From Armatimonadota bacterium (GTDB lineage: Bacteria > Armatimonadota > Zipacnadia > Zipacnadales > UBA5352), in assembly GCA_034722055.1 (NCBI GenBank), contig JAYENL010000242.1, forward strand, positions 72,609-136,608: DNA of 64,000 bases, written 5' to 3'. This document shows, piece by piece, positions 47,744 through 56,675 of this stretch. Every line of letters starts with the position of its first letter. Positions within the stretch are counted from its first letter, which is position 1. The notes under the pieces are model-generated. The model ran no database searches. It was not told the origin of the DNA and saw only the letters and a list, made by a program, of their open reading frames with translations. The position numbers and the translations under genes are program-made.

Positions 47744-49240
47744 CTATTGCTCAGGCTCGGCCAGCAGCCTCCGCGCCAGGGCCAGCGCCTCCTGCTTCGT
47801 GGCGATCTCGCGATCCGCGTAGGCCTCCGCGATAGCGTCGAGCAGCTCGCCGACCAGCGGGCCCTCCTCGACGCCCAGCTTCTCCATCAGCTCGGTGCCG
47901 TCGATGAGGCCGGGGCGCTCCCGCTGCTCGCGGAGCCAGTCGAGGTAACGCGCCAGCATGTCGTCGAAGATCTCGTAGATGCGACCGCGCTGCTCCAGGC
48001 GGCTGGCCGGCCCCCGGCAGGCGGAGCGGTCGGCCACCGCCAGCAGCAGCAGGCCGATGGCCGCCGGCTCAGCGTCGCGCATCAGCCGTCGAACCGCGCG
48101 CAGCGTGACGGCGCTGGTCAGCTTCCGGCCCTCCGCCTCGGCCCTCAGCCCGGCGTTCGACAGCTCCAGCGGGCGCATGTGCAGGCGGATCATGCGCGCC
48201 ACCATGCGCCTGAGGCGCGATGGGAGGCACCAGCGCCTGGCGAGCTGCAGGAAGATCCGCGCACCCTCGTCCTCGTGGCCGATGAACCGCGCCCGGCCGT
48301 CCTCCACCGAGCGGCAGGCCGGCTTGGCGACGTCGTGAAACAGCGCCGCCATGCGCGCCGCCGCGCGGTTCTCGCGCTCTTGCAGCCACAGGCGAACCGC
48401 CTCCGCCGTGCGTGGGAGGAAGAGCTGCGGCTCATTGATTGCCCGCTCCACCTCGTGCAGCGTCAGCAGCGTGTGCCCCAGCACATCGAGGTGATGGTAG
48501 CCGCCCTGCTGGACCCCGCGCATCGCCGTCACGGGCGGGATGAAGCGCTCCAGGGCGCCGAGGTCGTCGGCCGCCTGCACCGCGTCGGCGGCGTGCTCCG
48601 CGGCGAAGAGCTTCACCATCTCCTGGCCCACCCGCTCCCCGGGCACGTCATGCACCCGCGGCGCCAGCTCCGTCGCCCACCGTCCGGTCTGCGCCTCCAC
48701 CGCAAAGCCAAGCTGGGCCGCGAACCGGAAGGCCCGCAGCGTCCGCACAGGGTCGGCCTCCAGCACCTGCCGCGACGGCGAGCGCACCCGCCGGGCGCGC
48801 AGGTCGTCGAGGCCGCCGGCGGGGTCGATGAGGCTCTCCGCGCCGCGAACGTCCCAGCCCAGAGCGTTGATGGTGAAGTCGCGCAGGGACAGGTCCTGCT
48901 CGATGGTCGGGGCGCGCAGCTCGGCGAAGTCCAGGAAGCCGGCGGGCCGGCCGGGCTGAAGGATGACGCGCGCGGTGGGCAGGTCCTCGTGCAGGATCAC
49001 GACCCGCAGGTCGTGCTCTCGGGCGAAGCGGCGCGCCAGCTCCATCGTCCCGCGGCCGGCCAGGTCCCAGTCCCCCACCGGCCGTCCCAGGAGCAGATCG
49101 CGGAGCGCGCCACCCACCAGGAACAGCTCGTAGCCACCCGCGGAGGCCATCGCCGAGAGCTCCCGGCGCAGCGGCTCTCGCAGCCAGGCACGCTCCACGA
49201 CCGCCGCAGGTTCGCCGGACTGCCGAGGCTCAGCCATCAT
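47744..49240 (-). CDS. Class II tRNA nucleotidyltransferase with HD domain, CC-adding type
   Basis: VGGALRDLLLG...DWD, DFAELRAPTIEQDLSLRDFTINAL (short loop), ADPVRTLRAFRF, HHLDV..H, LFHDVAKP. Confidence 0.82.
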   Translation of the reverse strand: MMAEPRQSGEPAAVVERAWLREPLRRELSAMASAGGYELFLVGGALRDLLLGRPVGDWDLAGRGTMELARRFAREHDLRVVILHEDLPTARVILQPGRPAGFLDFAELRAPTIEQDLSLRDFTINALGWDVRGAESLIDPAGGLDDLRARRVRSPSRQVLEADPVRTLRAFRFAAQLGFAVEAQTGRWATELAPRVHDVPGERVGQEMVKLFAAEHAADAVQAADDLGALERFIPPVTAMRGVQQGGYHHLDVLGHTLLTLHEVERAINEPQLFLPRTAEAVRLWLQERENRAAARMAALFHDVAKPACRSVEDGRARFIGHEDEGARIFLQLARRWCLPSRLRRMVARMIRLHMRPLELSNAGLRAEAEGRKLTSAVTLRAVRRLMRDAEPAAIGLLLLAVADRSACRGPASRLEQRGRIYEIFDDMLARYLDWLREQRERPGLIDGTELMEKLGVEEGPLVGELLDAIAEAYADREIATKQEALALARRLLAEPEQ

Positions 49241-49967
49241 CTTCCACCGGGAGCTGCACAGCCTGCCGGAGGGCCTGCACCTGGCCCTCGGTCAGGGGCC
49301 GCACCTCGCCCAGCGACAGCTCACCCAGCCGCAGCGGGCCCATGCGCACGCGCTTGAGTCGGCGCACCGGATGGCCGATGGCGTCGCACATCCGCCGCAC
49401 CTGGCGGTTGCGGCCCTCCGTGATGGTGATCCGGAGGCGGGTCTCACCGCCCTCGGTAGCGACCAGCACTACCCCTGCCGGCTGCGTGGGGCCGTCCTCG
49501 AGCTCGATCCCCGAGCGGAGCCTGCGAAGCTGAGACTCCGGGGGCGTCCCCTCCACGTCCGCCAGGTACTCCTTCTCCACGTGGTGGCGCGGGTGCAGCA
49601 GGCGCTGGGTCAGGTCGCCGTCGTCGGTGAGCAGCAGCAGCCCCGTGGTATCCTGGTCGAGTCTGCCCACAGGGTAGATGCGAGTGCGAAGATGCTCGGG
49701 GACCAGGTCCATGACGGTGGGCCGCCCGTGGGTGTCGTCGCGGGTGGTCACGTAGCCGGGCGGCTTGTTCAGCGCCAGGTAGATATATCCCTCGGGGATC
49801 TCGACCGGCTGGCCGTCCACCCGTATGTCGTCATCGGGACTGGCCTTGGCGCCAAGCTCACGGACCACCTGCCCGTTAACGGTTACGCGGCCCTCCCGGA
49901 TCAGCTCCTCGCAGGACCGGCGGCTACCGAGCCCGGCGCGCGCCAACAGCTTCTGAAGCCGCTCCAT
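49230..49967 (-). CDS. rluB: rRNA pseudouridine synthase (RluB/RsuA family)
   Basis: MERLQKLLA.AG..SRR (S4 domain), NKPPG, YPVGRLD.DTTGLLLLTDDG, EGRNRQVRRM; follows scpAB. Confidence 0.88.
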   Translation of the reverse strand: MERLQKLLARAGLGSRRSCEELIREGRVTVNGQVVRELGAKASPDDDIRVDGQPVEIPEGYIYLALNKPPGYVTTRDDTHGRPTVMDLVPEHLRTRIYPVGRLDQDTTGLLLLTDDGDLTQRLLHPRHHVEKEYLADVEGTPPESQLRRLRSGIELEDGPTQPAGVVLVATEGGETRLRITITEGRNRQVRRMCDAIGHPVRRLKRVRMGPLRLGELSLGEVRPLTEGQVQALRQAVQLPVEDDG

Positions 49968-51153
49968 GCGCCAACACCCCCCCAGCCAGCGCCAACACGG
50001 CCGCCAGCAGCGCCAGCGACCACTGCTCGCTCAGCATCTGCGCCCACGGCGACTGCGGCACATCCGCATCCGCCACCAGCTTCACAGTCTCGCGACTGCC
50101 ATCCGGCATGGTCACCGCCAGCGTCCCGCACGGCTCGCCCGCGGTGACCGGAGCCGGGCGGACCCCCTCCGCGAGCACCGGCTCCTCGGGACGCGCCTGT
50201 CGGGGGATGACGGCGATGACGTCCCTCGCCGCGTGGGCCTGCACGGTCTCCCGAACGCCGCCACGGACCTGGACGGTGGCCCGGGTGAGCTCGCGTGAGA
50301 CCAGCGCCACCTTGTAGAAGGAGGCGAAGCCCCACTCCAGCAGCACGCGGGCGTCGGTCCAGGCGTCCTCGGAGTCCAGCACCACACAGATCAGCCGCCA
50401 GCCGTCGATGTAGGCGCTGGCGGCCAGGCATCGCCCGGCCTGCGCGGTGTACCCGGTCTTGATGCCGTCACAGGCCTCCCAGTGCTGCAGCAGGCGGTTG
50501 CGGTTGCGCAGCTTGCGGTCGTACGGCCTGCCGGGCCAGGGCACCGCGGCCTCCTCCGTGCGCACGATCGGGCGCAGCTCGGCCCTTCCCATCACGTGAA
50601 GCCCCAGGATCGCCAGGTCCCGGGCGCTGGAGTAGTGGTCCTCGGCGTGCAATCCATGGGGATTCGTGAAGTGGGTGTTCTCCAGCCCCAGCTCGGCGGC
50701 GCGCCGGTTCATCAGCGCCACGAAGTCCTCCACCGACCCCGCCACCGCCTCCGCGCAGGCCGCCGCGGCATCGTTGGCGGAGGCCAGCATCGCTCCCGTG
50801 AGCAGGTGGCGGAGCTTCAGCTCCTCTCCGGACTTCAGGTTCATGGAGGTCTCGCCGACTGCGGCAGCCCGCTCGCTGACCACCACCGTGCGGTCCAGGT
50901 CCCCCTTCTCTGCGACCAGCAGGGCCGTCATCATCTTCGTGAGGCTGGCCGGTGGGCGCCGCTCGTCCGGATGTCGGGCGTAGAGCACCTGGCGCGTCTC
51001 GGGGTCGATCAGCACGGCGGCGCTGCACTGCAGCTCGGGCGGGGACACCTCCGCCGCCGGCACCCGTGTGGGCAGCACCACCAGCAGGGCGCACAGCGCG
51101 GCGTGGATTGCTCGATGCACGCTCCGGCGGAGCACGACGGTAAGCCACCTCAC
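49924..51153 (-). CDS. D-alanyl-D-alanine carboxypeptidase (peptidase S11)
   Basis: PASLTKMM (SxxK), SANDAA (SxN), FTNPHGL, GIKTGYT (KTG); C-terminal anchor. Confidence 0.9.
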   Translation of the reverse strand: MRWLTVVLRRSVHRAIHAALCALLVVLPTRVPAAEVSPPELQCSAAVLIDPETRQVLYARHPDERRPPASLTKMMTALLVAEKGDLDRTVVVSERAAAVGETSMNLKSGEELKLRHLLTGAMLASANDAAAACAEAVAGSVEDFVALMNRRAAELGLENTHFTNPHGLHAEDHYSSARDLAILGLHVMGRAELRPIVRTEEAAVPWPGRPYDRKLRNRNRLLQHWEACDGIKTGYTAQAGRCLAASAYIDGWRLICVVLDSEDAWTDARVLLEWGFASFYKVALVSRELTRATVQVRGGVRETVQAHAARDVIAVIPRQARPEEPVLAEGVRPAPVTAGEPCGTLAVTMPDGSRETVKLVADADVPQSPWAQMLSEQWSLALLAAVLALAGGVLAHGAASEAVGARRAR

Positions 51154-51806
51154 GTGAGCTCCTCGGGGGCCTCCGGGTCCTGGTGCGTCTCTTCCTCGGC
51201 GGCCGGGCTGTCGGCGTCGATGCCAGCGTTCGCGGCGGTCCGGTCCTGGTCCGCGTCCTCGCCGACCAGCTCCCCGAGCTGCTCGCGGAAGTCCGTCTCA
51301 CCAACCGTCAGCTCGGGAAGCTGATCGAGATCGTTGAGCCCGAAGGCGGACAGGAAGTGGGGAGTGGTGACCAGCAGGAAGGGCCGGCCCGGCGCGTCCT
51401 TGCGCCCTGCGATCGCCACCAGGCCCTTGTCGATGAGGCTGTTAACCGCGGTGGTGGAGTTCACGCCGCGGATGTCATCGATCTCCGGCCGGGTCATGGG
51501 CTGCAGGTAGGCGATGATCGCCAGCGTCTCCATCGCCTGCGGCGAGAGCTGCTCCGGCTCCGGCTCCCGAAGCCGCTGCACGTAACCGGCGAACCGCGGC
51601 CGGGTGGCGATCTGGAACCCTCCCGCCAGCCGCACCACCTGCAGCGCCGATCCCTCCATCAGCTCTGCCACATCCGCCACCAGACCCTCGATGTCGGTCA
51701 CGGGTACGTCAAGCACCGCCGCCAGCCGCTCCTCGTCACAGGGTGTCTCGGAGGCGAAGATGACCGCCTGCAGGGCCCGGACCTTCTCCTCCCGGTCGTA
51801 GATCAC
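51150..51806 (-). CDS. scpB: SMC-Scp complex subunit ScpB
   Basis: LS..AMETLAIIAY.QP.TR.EI..IRGVNS, GRP...TT..FL..FGL..L..LP. Confidence 0.93.
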   Translation of the reverse strand: MIYDREEKVRALQAVIFASETPCDEERLAAVLDVPVTDIEGLVADVAELMEGSALQVVRLAGGFQIATRPRFAGYVQRLREPEPEQLSPQAMETLAIIAYLQPMTRPEIDDIRGVNSTTAVNSLIDKGLVAIAGRKDAPGRPFLLVTTPHFLSAFGLNDLDQLPELTVGETDFREQLGELVGEDADQDRTAANAGIDADSPAAEEETHQDPEAPEELT

Positions 51807-52594
51807 GTCTCGCTGGGCTCCTCGGTGCGAACGTGGCGAAGCCGGATGCGCCCCCAGGGCTGGTCCTGCGAGACACGCAGCTCGCCACGGCGGATCATCT
51901 CCAGCACCGCCAGGAAGGTCACCACGATGAATACCCGGGTGGAGCCGTCCGGCACCAGCTCATCGAAGTAGAGCTCTCGCCTCGGCCGCAGATGCAGCTC
52001 CTGGATAAGCTGTTCAATCCGCTCCCCGACCGTGACCTCCTCGCGCTCTACCGTGTGCGGTGGCGGCTCCTTCGCGCGCTCCAGCATCTCCTGCACCGCG
52101 GCCACCATGTCGAAGACCGAAACGTCCTCCAGTGGCACCACGCCGCCGCCGACCCCCTGATCGGATGTCGCGGGGCGCAGGTAGATCTGCTTGCGCGCCT
52201 CCTGGGCCTCGGCGAGGATCTCAGCAGCCTCCTTGTAGGTACGGTACTCCGCCAGCCGCCGGGCCAGCTCCACCGCCGGGTCCTCCTCGTCCAGCTCCTC
52301 CTCGACCTCGGACTCCTCGCGCGGCAGCAGCGCCCTGGACTTGAGCAGCAGCAGCGTGGCGGCCATGACGATGAACTGCGTCGCCACCTCGATGTTGATC
52401 CTCCGCATCGTCCGCAGGTAGCGCAGGAACTGGTCGGTGATGCGCACCACGTCCACCTCCACCACCTCCACCTCCTCGCGGCGCACGAGGTGAAGCAGCA
52501 GGTCCAGCGGCCCCTCGAAGATCTCGATCCGAACCGGGTGGCCGTGGAACTGCTCGAACTGTGCGCTCAGGTCGCGTACCGGCAGCTCAATCAC
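51803..52594 (-). CDS. scpA: Segregation and condensation protein A
   Basis: FEGPLDLLLHL, F.VMAATLL.LKSRALLP, VTFLAVLE. Confidence 0.93.
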   Translation of the reverse strand: MIELPVRDLSAQFEQFHGHPVRIEIFEGPLDLLLHLVRREEVEVVEVDVVRITDQFLRYLRTMRRINIEVATQFIVMAATLLLLKSRALLPREESEVEEELDEEDPAVELARRLAEYRTYKEAAEILAEAQEARKQIYLRPATSDQGVGGGVVPLEDVSVFDMVAAVQEMLERAKEPPPHTVEREEVTVGERIEQLIQELHLRPRRELYFDELVPDGSTRVFIVVTFLAVLEMIRRGELRVSQDQPWGRIRLRHVRTEEPSET

Positions 52595-53696
52595 TCGTCG
52601 CTTTCTTAGCCGCTGCGCGCGCTGGGGTCTCCGCCGTGACCGTCGTTTCGTCGGCGGCCACCATCGAGATCGGTGCCCCGGCGGACCGCGTGAGATCGCT
52701 GACCGTCACACCCTGGCCGAGGATGGAGTGCGACAGCCCGGCCGGGACGTTCGCCACCACGCACATGTCATCAAGCACGCTGTCGATGATCGTCGATCCC
52801 CGGACGTGGCAGCCCGCTCCGAGGGACACGTGCGGCCCGACCGTGCTGTCCTCAATGGCGCAGTCGGCCTCGATCCGGCAAGGCCCCAGGAGCCTGGAGG
52901 CGGTGATCCGCGCTCCGGCGGCGATCTCGACCTCACCCTCGATGATCGAGGCGCCATCGACGTCCCCGTCGATGCTGTGCGCCAGCCGCTGGAGGTAGAA
53001 CCGGTTTGCCGTCAGCAGGGCCTCCGGCGATCCCGCGTCGGCCCAGAAGCCCTCGGTCACCTGACAGGTCACGACCTGCCCCTCCGCCACCAGGTGCTCG
53101 ATGGCGTCGGTGATCTCCAGCTCCCCACGATCCGACGGCTCGATGCTGTCAATGGCCTCCCATATCTCCGGCCCGAACCCGTAGACGCCCACGATGGCCA
53201 GGTCGCTGGGCGGATCCTCCGGCTTCTCGACCGCCAAGGTCACCGCGCCGTCCTCGCAGACCACCACCCCGAATGCGCGCGGGTCGGGCACCGGCTTGAC
53301 GATCAGGGACGCCGCGGCGTCGGACGCCACGAACTCGTCAGCGAATGCCGCTATGCCGTCGCCGAGCAGATCGTCGCCCAGGTACATCACGAAGCGCTCG
53401 TCGTCGTCCACCTCTGGGCGAGCACAGCCCAGGGCATGCGCGAGTCCCTTCGCCTCATGCTGTACGCAGAAGCTGGCGCGCATGTTCCACCGCGATCCGT
53501 CGCCCACAAAGGCCCGGATCCTGTCACCGCCGGCGCCGATGACGAAGACTGCCTCATCCACGCCCGCCTCCGCCAGGTCCCCCAGCACCCAGTCGAGGAC
53601 CGCTCGTCCCGCCACGGGCAGGAGGTGCTTTGGGCGCACGAAGGTGAGGGGATACAGCCGCGTGCCCGCCCCTGCGCACAGCAAGACCGCCTTCAT
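52587..53696 (-). CDS. Glucose-1-phosphate thymidylyltransferase (long form, with C-terminal beta-helix)
   Basis: AGAGTRLYPLT..PKHLLPVAG, GLAHA, YLGD, EKP, SDRGELEITDA, hexapeptide tail. Confidence 0.88.
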   Translation of the reverse strand: MKAVLLCAGAGTRLYPLTFVRPKHLLPVAGRAVLDWVLGDLAEAGVDEAVFVIGAGGDRIRAFVGDGSRWNMRASFCVQHEAKGLAHALGCARPEVDDDERFVMYLGDDLLGDGIAAFADEFVASDAAASLIVKPVPDPRAFGVVVCEDGAVTLAVEKPEDPPSDLAIVGVYGFGPEIWEAIDSIEPSDRGELEITDAIEHLVAEGQVVTCQVTEGFWADAGSPEALLTANRFYLQRLAHSIDGDVDGASIIEGEVEIAAGARITASRLLGPCRIEADCAIEDSTVGPHVSLGAGCHVRGSTIIDSVLDDMCVVANVPAGLSHSILGQGVTVSDLTRSAGAPISMVAADETTVTAETPARAAAKKATSD

Positions 53697-53702
53697 CGTC
53701 CG

Positions 53703-54707
53703 TCACCCTTGCCCGGTCCAGTCCAGGCTCATGGCTGCGCGGACCTCGGCCATGGTGTCGGCGGCCACCCCACGGGCCTTCTCTGCGCCCTCCCGCAGCA
53801 CCTGATGCACGTAGTCGAGGTTCGCGGCCAGCTCCCTGCGCCGCTCCATGACCGGTCCCAGCGCCTCCAGCAGCTTCTCCGTGGCCTCCACCTTGCAGTC
53901 CACGCAGCCCAGGTCCCCGGCCTCGCACTCCACCTTGATCTCGTCCACGCGCGGCGGATCGTTGTACATGCGGTGGTAGACGAAGACCGGGCAGCGGTCC
54001 GGATGCCCGGCATCGCCCATGCGGATCTTCTCGGGGTCGGTGAACATGGACTTCATCTTCTGCGCCACCTCGTCGATCGAGTCAGCCAGGTTGATGGCGT
54101 TATCGTAGGACTTGCTCATCTTGCGCCCATCGACCCCCGGCACCATGGCGAACTCCGACAGCATGGCATCCGGCTCGGGAAAGACCTCGCCGAAGAGGTT
54201 GTTGAAGCGCCGCACGATCTCCCGGGTCAGCTCCAGATGCGGAAGCTGGTCCTCGCCCACCGGCACCACGTCGGCCTTGTACATGATGATGTCGGCGGCC
54301 TGCAGCACCGGGTAGCCCAGCAGCCCGAAGCCCGGCCCCGTTCCGTCAGTGAGAGTGGCGATCTGATCCTTGTAGGTGGGACAGCGCTCCAGCCAGGACA
54401 CCGGCGTCACCATCCCCAGCAGCAGGCACAGCTCGGCGTGCTCGGGCACGTCGGACTGCACGAAGAGCGTACTGCGCTCAGGGTCGAGGCCCGAGGCCAG
54501 CCAGTCGATGGCGATCTGCTCGCTGCGCTCGGGCAGGGCCTCGGTCTCCTGGTAGCCCGTGGTCAGGGCATGCCAGTCGGCGATCTCGAAGAAGCAGTCG
54601 TACTCGTCCTGCAGCGCCGCCCAACTGCGCAGGGTACCCTCGTAGTGTCCGATGTGCAGCAGGCCGGTGGGCCTGTGCCCACTCAGAATCCGCCCTTTCC
54701 TCGCCAA
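53703..54707 (-). CDS. trpS: Tryptophan--tRNA ligase
   Basis: SGHRPTG.LHIGH, GYPVLQAADI, VPVGEDQ..HLELTREI, KMSKS; TTG 54707 after GGAG (or GTG 54716). Confidence 0.96.
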   Translation of the reverse strand: MARKGRILSGHRPTGLLHIGHYEGTLRSWAALQDEYDCFFEIADWHALTTGYQETEALPERSEQIAIDWLASGLDPERSTLFVQSDVPEHAELCLLLGMVTPVSWLERCPTYKDQIATLTDGTGPGFGLLGYPVLQAADIIMYKADVVPVGEDQLPHLELTREIVRRFNNLFGEVFPEPDAMLSEFAMVPGVDGRKMSKSYDNAINLADSIDEVAQKMKSMFTDPEKIRMGDAGHPDRCPVFVYHRMYNDPPRVDEIKVECEAGDLGCVDCKVEATEKLLEALGPVMERRRELAANLDYVHQVLREGAEKARGVAADTMAEVRAAMSLDWTGQG

Positions 54708-54725
54708 CGAGATCACTCCAGATCG

Positions 54726-55397
54726 CTAGAACCACAACCAGGCAGCTCCGGTCAGCAATCGACCCAGGTACAAGACGGGCGTCACGATCAGTGTGCTCAG
54801 GATCGGGATTCTTAGAAGCCAGTCCGCGGCGATGAGCAGCATCAGCAGTCGCCCGCCCCACTGTTGCGAGAACTGCCTGAATCGCCACGACTTTCCCCGC
54901 GGCAGCAGGCTCTCAAGGACGTGGGCACCATCGAGCGGCCCCAGCGGCAGCAGGTTGAAGAAGGCCAGCAACAGGTTCAGCAACACGAGGACGCTCAGCG
55001 GCAGCAGATACTCGCCAGCGAGCCCGAAGCGGATGGGGATGGCGGCCAGCACGGCCACCAGCAGATTGGTCGCCACGCCCGCAGCCGACACGATCAGATT
55101 GTCCCGCCGCGGCTTGCGGTAGTTCTGCGGATTGACGGGAACCGGCTTGCCCCACCCGATCCCGAACAGGAGGATCATCGTCGTCCCAATCGGATCATAA
55201 TGGTCGAGCGGGTTCAGCGACACCCGCCCGTTCGCGCGCGGCGTGGGGTCGCCGAGCCGGTCGGCCGCATAGGCGTGAGCGAACTCGTGCACAGTTAGCC
55301 CGATGGTGATCGCGACCAGCCAGCTCAGGATGAAGGGGAGCCGTGGCTCCAGAGGCTGCCCGCCCAACACAACGTCCGTCAGGACTTGCAGGAACAT
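54726..55397 (-). CDS. Site-2 protease family (M50) intramembrane metalloprotease
   Basis: HEFAH, LGDPT...GR.SLNP, FNLLPLGPLDG. Confidence 0.92.
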   Translation of the reverse strand: MFLQVLTDVVLGGQPLEPRLPFILSWLVAITIGLTVHEFAHAYAADRLGDPTPRANGRVSLNPLDHYDPIGTTMILLFGIGWGKPVPVNPQNYRKPRRDNLIVSAAGVATNLLVAVLAAIPIRFGLAGEYLLPLSVLVLLNLLLAFFNLLPLGPLDGAHVLESLLPRGKSWRFRQFSQQWGGRLLMLLIAADWLLRIPILSTLIVTPVLYLGRLLTGAAWLWF

Positions 55398-55409
55398 GTC
55401 CTCTCCCGT

Positions 55410-56642
55410 CTACCCATTCGCGCGGCCCGAGCTTCTTAGCATGGCCAGTGCGACCTGGAGCTGCTCCTCAGCGCTGGCCCTCCGATCGATCTTCGCGGCC
55501 AGCGCCGCCGCCAGGGCGTCCGAGAATGCCGGCCCGGGCTGGTGTCCGGCGGCCTTGAGGTCCTCGCCGCTGATGTCCGCCTCCGTCCCCCGCAGGTCGC
55601 GCCAGAAGTGCTCGAGCCGGCTGCGCTGCTCGTCATCCAGCACGGTCCACAGCGCCGCGGCCGCGCCCTGCGACGTGCCGCGCAGCGCGAAGAACAGCTC
55701 GCTGTCAGGCACCGGCCCGGCAAGCTCCCCGGGCGGTGCCGCGGCCAGCTCCGCCGCCGCCACCAGCGTGTCCCGCTCGTCGGCCGCGAGCATCAGCCGC
55801 TCCGCCAGCCCCTCCGCACGCTCATCCGAGAACGCTGCATACAGCCCCAGGCACGCCGCCGTCGCCTTCCGGTCGCCGAGCCGCAGGCCAAGCGGCGTCT
55901 CGGCCTCCGGGAGGCGCCCGCAGGCCTCCATTGCCTCATCCGTGGCGGCGTTCAGGCCCATGGCGACCAGCAGGTCCAGCCGCTGCAGCGTCGCCAGCGC
56001 CTCACCCGGCGCCCGGCGAAAGATGCGCCGAAGCTCGTTGCGGAGCCGGGCCCCCGACAGCTCCGCCAGCCGCCTCTGCTCCGCCGCGCGGGCCATCAGC
56101 TCGGCGGTTCGCTCCTCGAGCTCGAAGCCCAGGCGGAGCATGAAGCGGGCCGCCCGCAGCATCCGGGTCGGGTCGTCATCGAAGCTGGCATCGTGCAGCA
56201 CCCGCAGCCGCCTCGCGTGCAGGTCCTGCAGGCCGCCGTGTGGGTCCACCAGCTCCCCGAAGCGCTCGGGCGCCAGCGCCATGGCCATGGCGTTCACCGT
56301 GAAGTCCCGCCGCTGCAGGTCCTCGACCAGGCCGGCCGGCGCCACCTCCGGCAGCGCACCCGGGTCCCGGTAGCACTCGCTGCGGGTGCGGGCGATGTCG
56401 ATCTCCTCGCCGCCCGGCAGCTCCACGGTGGCCGTCATGAAATCCGTGGTCTTGCGCACGCGTCCGCCGAGCTCCTCGGCAATGGCGCGCGCCACGGCTT
56501 CGGGCGGCCCCTCCACGGCCAGGTCCAGGTCCGGGGCCGCCCGCCCCAGCAGCAGATCCCGAACCGGCCCCCCCACCAGCCACGCATCCGCACCGCAGCC
56601 CGCCGCCAGCTCCCCCAGCCCTGCCAGGCGCGAGCGCAGCAC
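55410..56642 (-). CDS. Class II tRNA nucleotidyltransferase, A-adding type; start uncertain
   Basis: VGGPVRDLLLG...DLD, DIARTRSECYRDPGALPEV (loop present), DLQRRDFTVNAMA, SFDDDPTRMLRAARF; no HD domain. Confidence 0.82.
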   Translation of the reverse strand: MLRSRLAGLGELAAGCGADAWLVGGPVRDLLLGRAAPDLDLAVEGPPEAVARAIAEELGGRVRKTTDFMTATVELPGGEEIDIARTRSECYRDPGALPEVAPAGLVEDLQRRDFTVNAMAMALAPERFGELVDPHGGLQDLHARRLRVLHDASFDDDPTRMLRAARFMLRLGFELEERTAELMARAAEQRRLAELSGARLRNELRRIFRRAPGEALATLQRLDLLVAMGLNAATDEAMEACGRLPEAETPLGLRLGDRKATAACLGLYAAFSDERAEGLAERLMLAADERDTLVAAAELAAAPPGELAGPVPDSELFFALRGTSQGAAAALWTVLDDEQRSRLEHFWRDLRGTEADISGEDLKAAGHQPGPAFSDALAAALAAKIDRRASAEEQLQVALAMLRSSGRANG

Positions 56643-56675
56643 GTCGTCGAGACGGCCGTCAAGCCGCAGGCGCTC

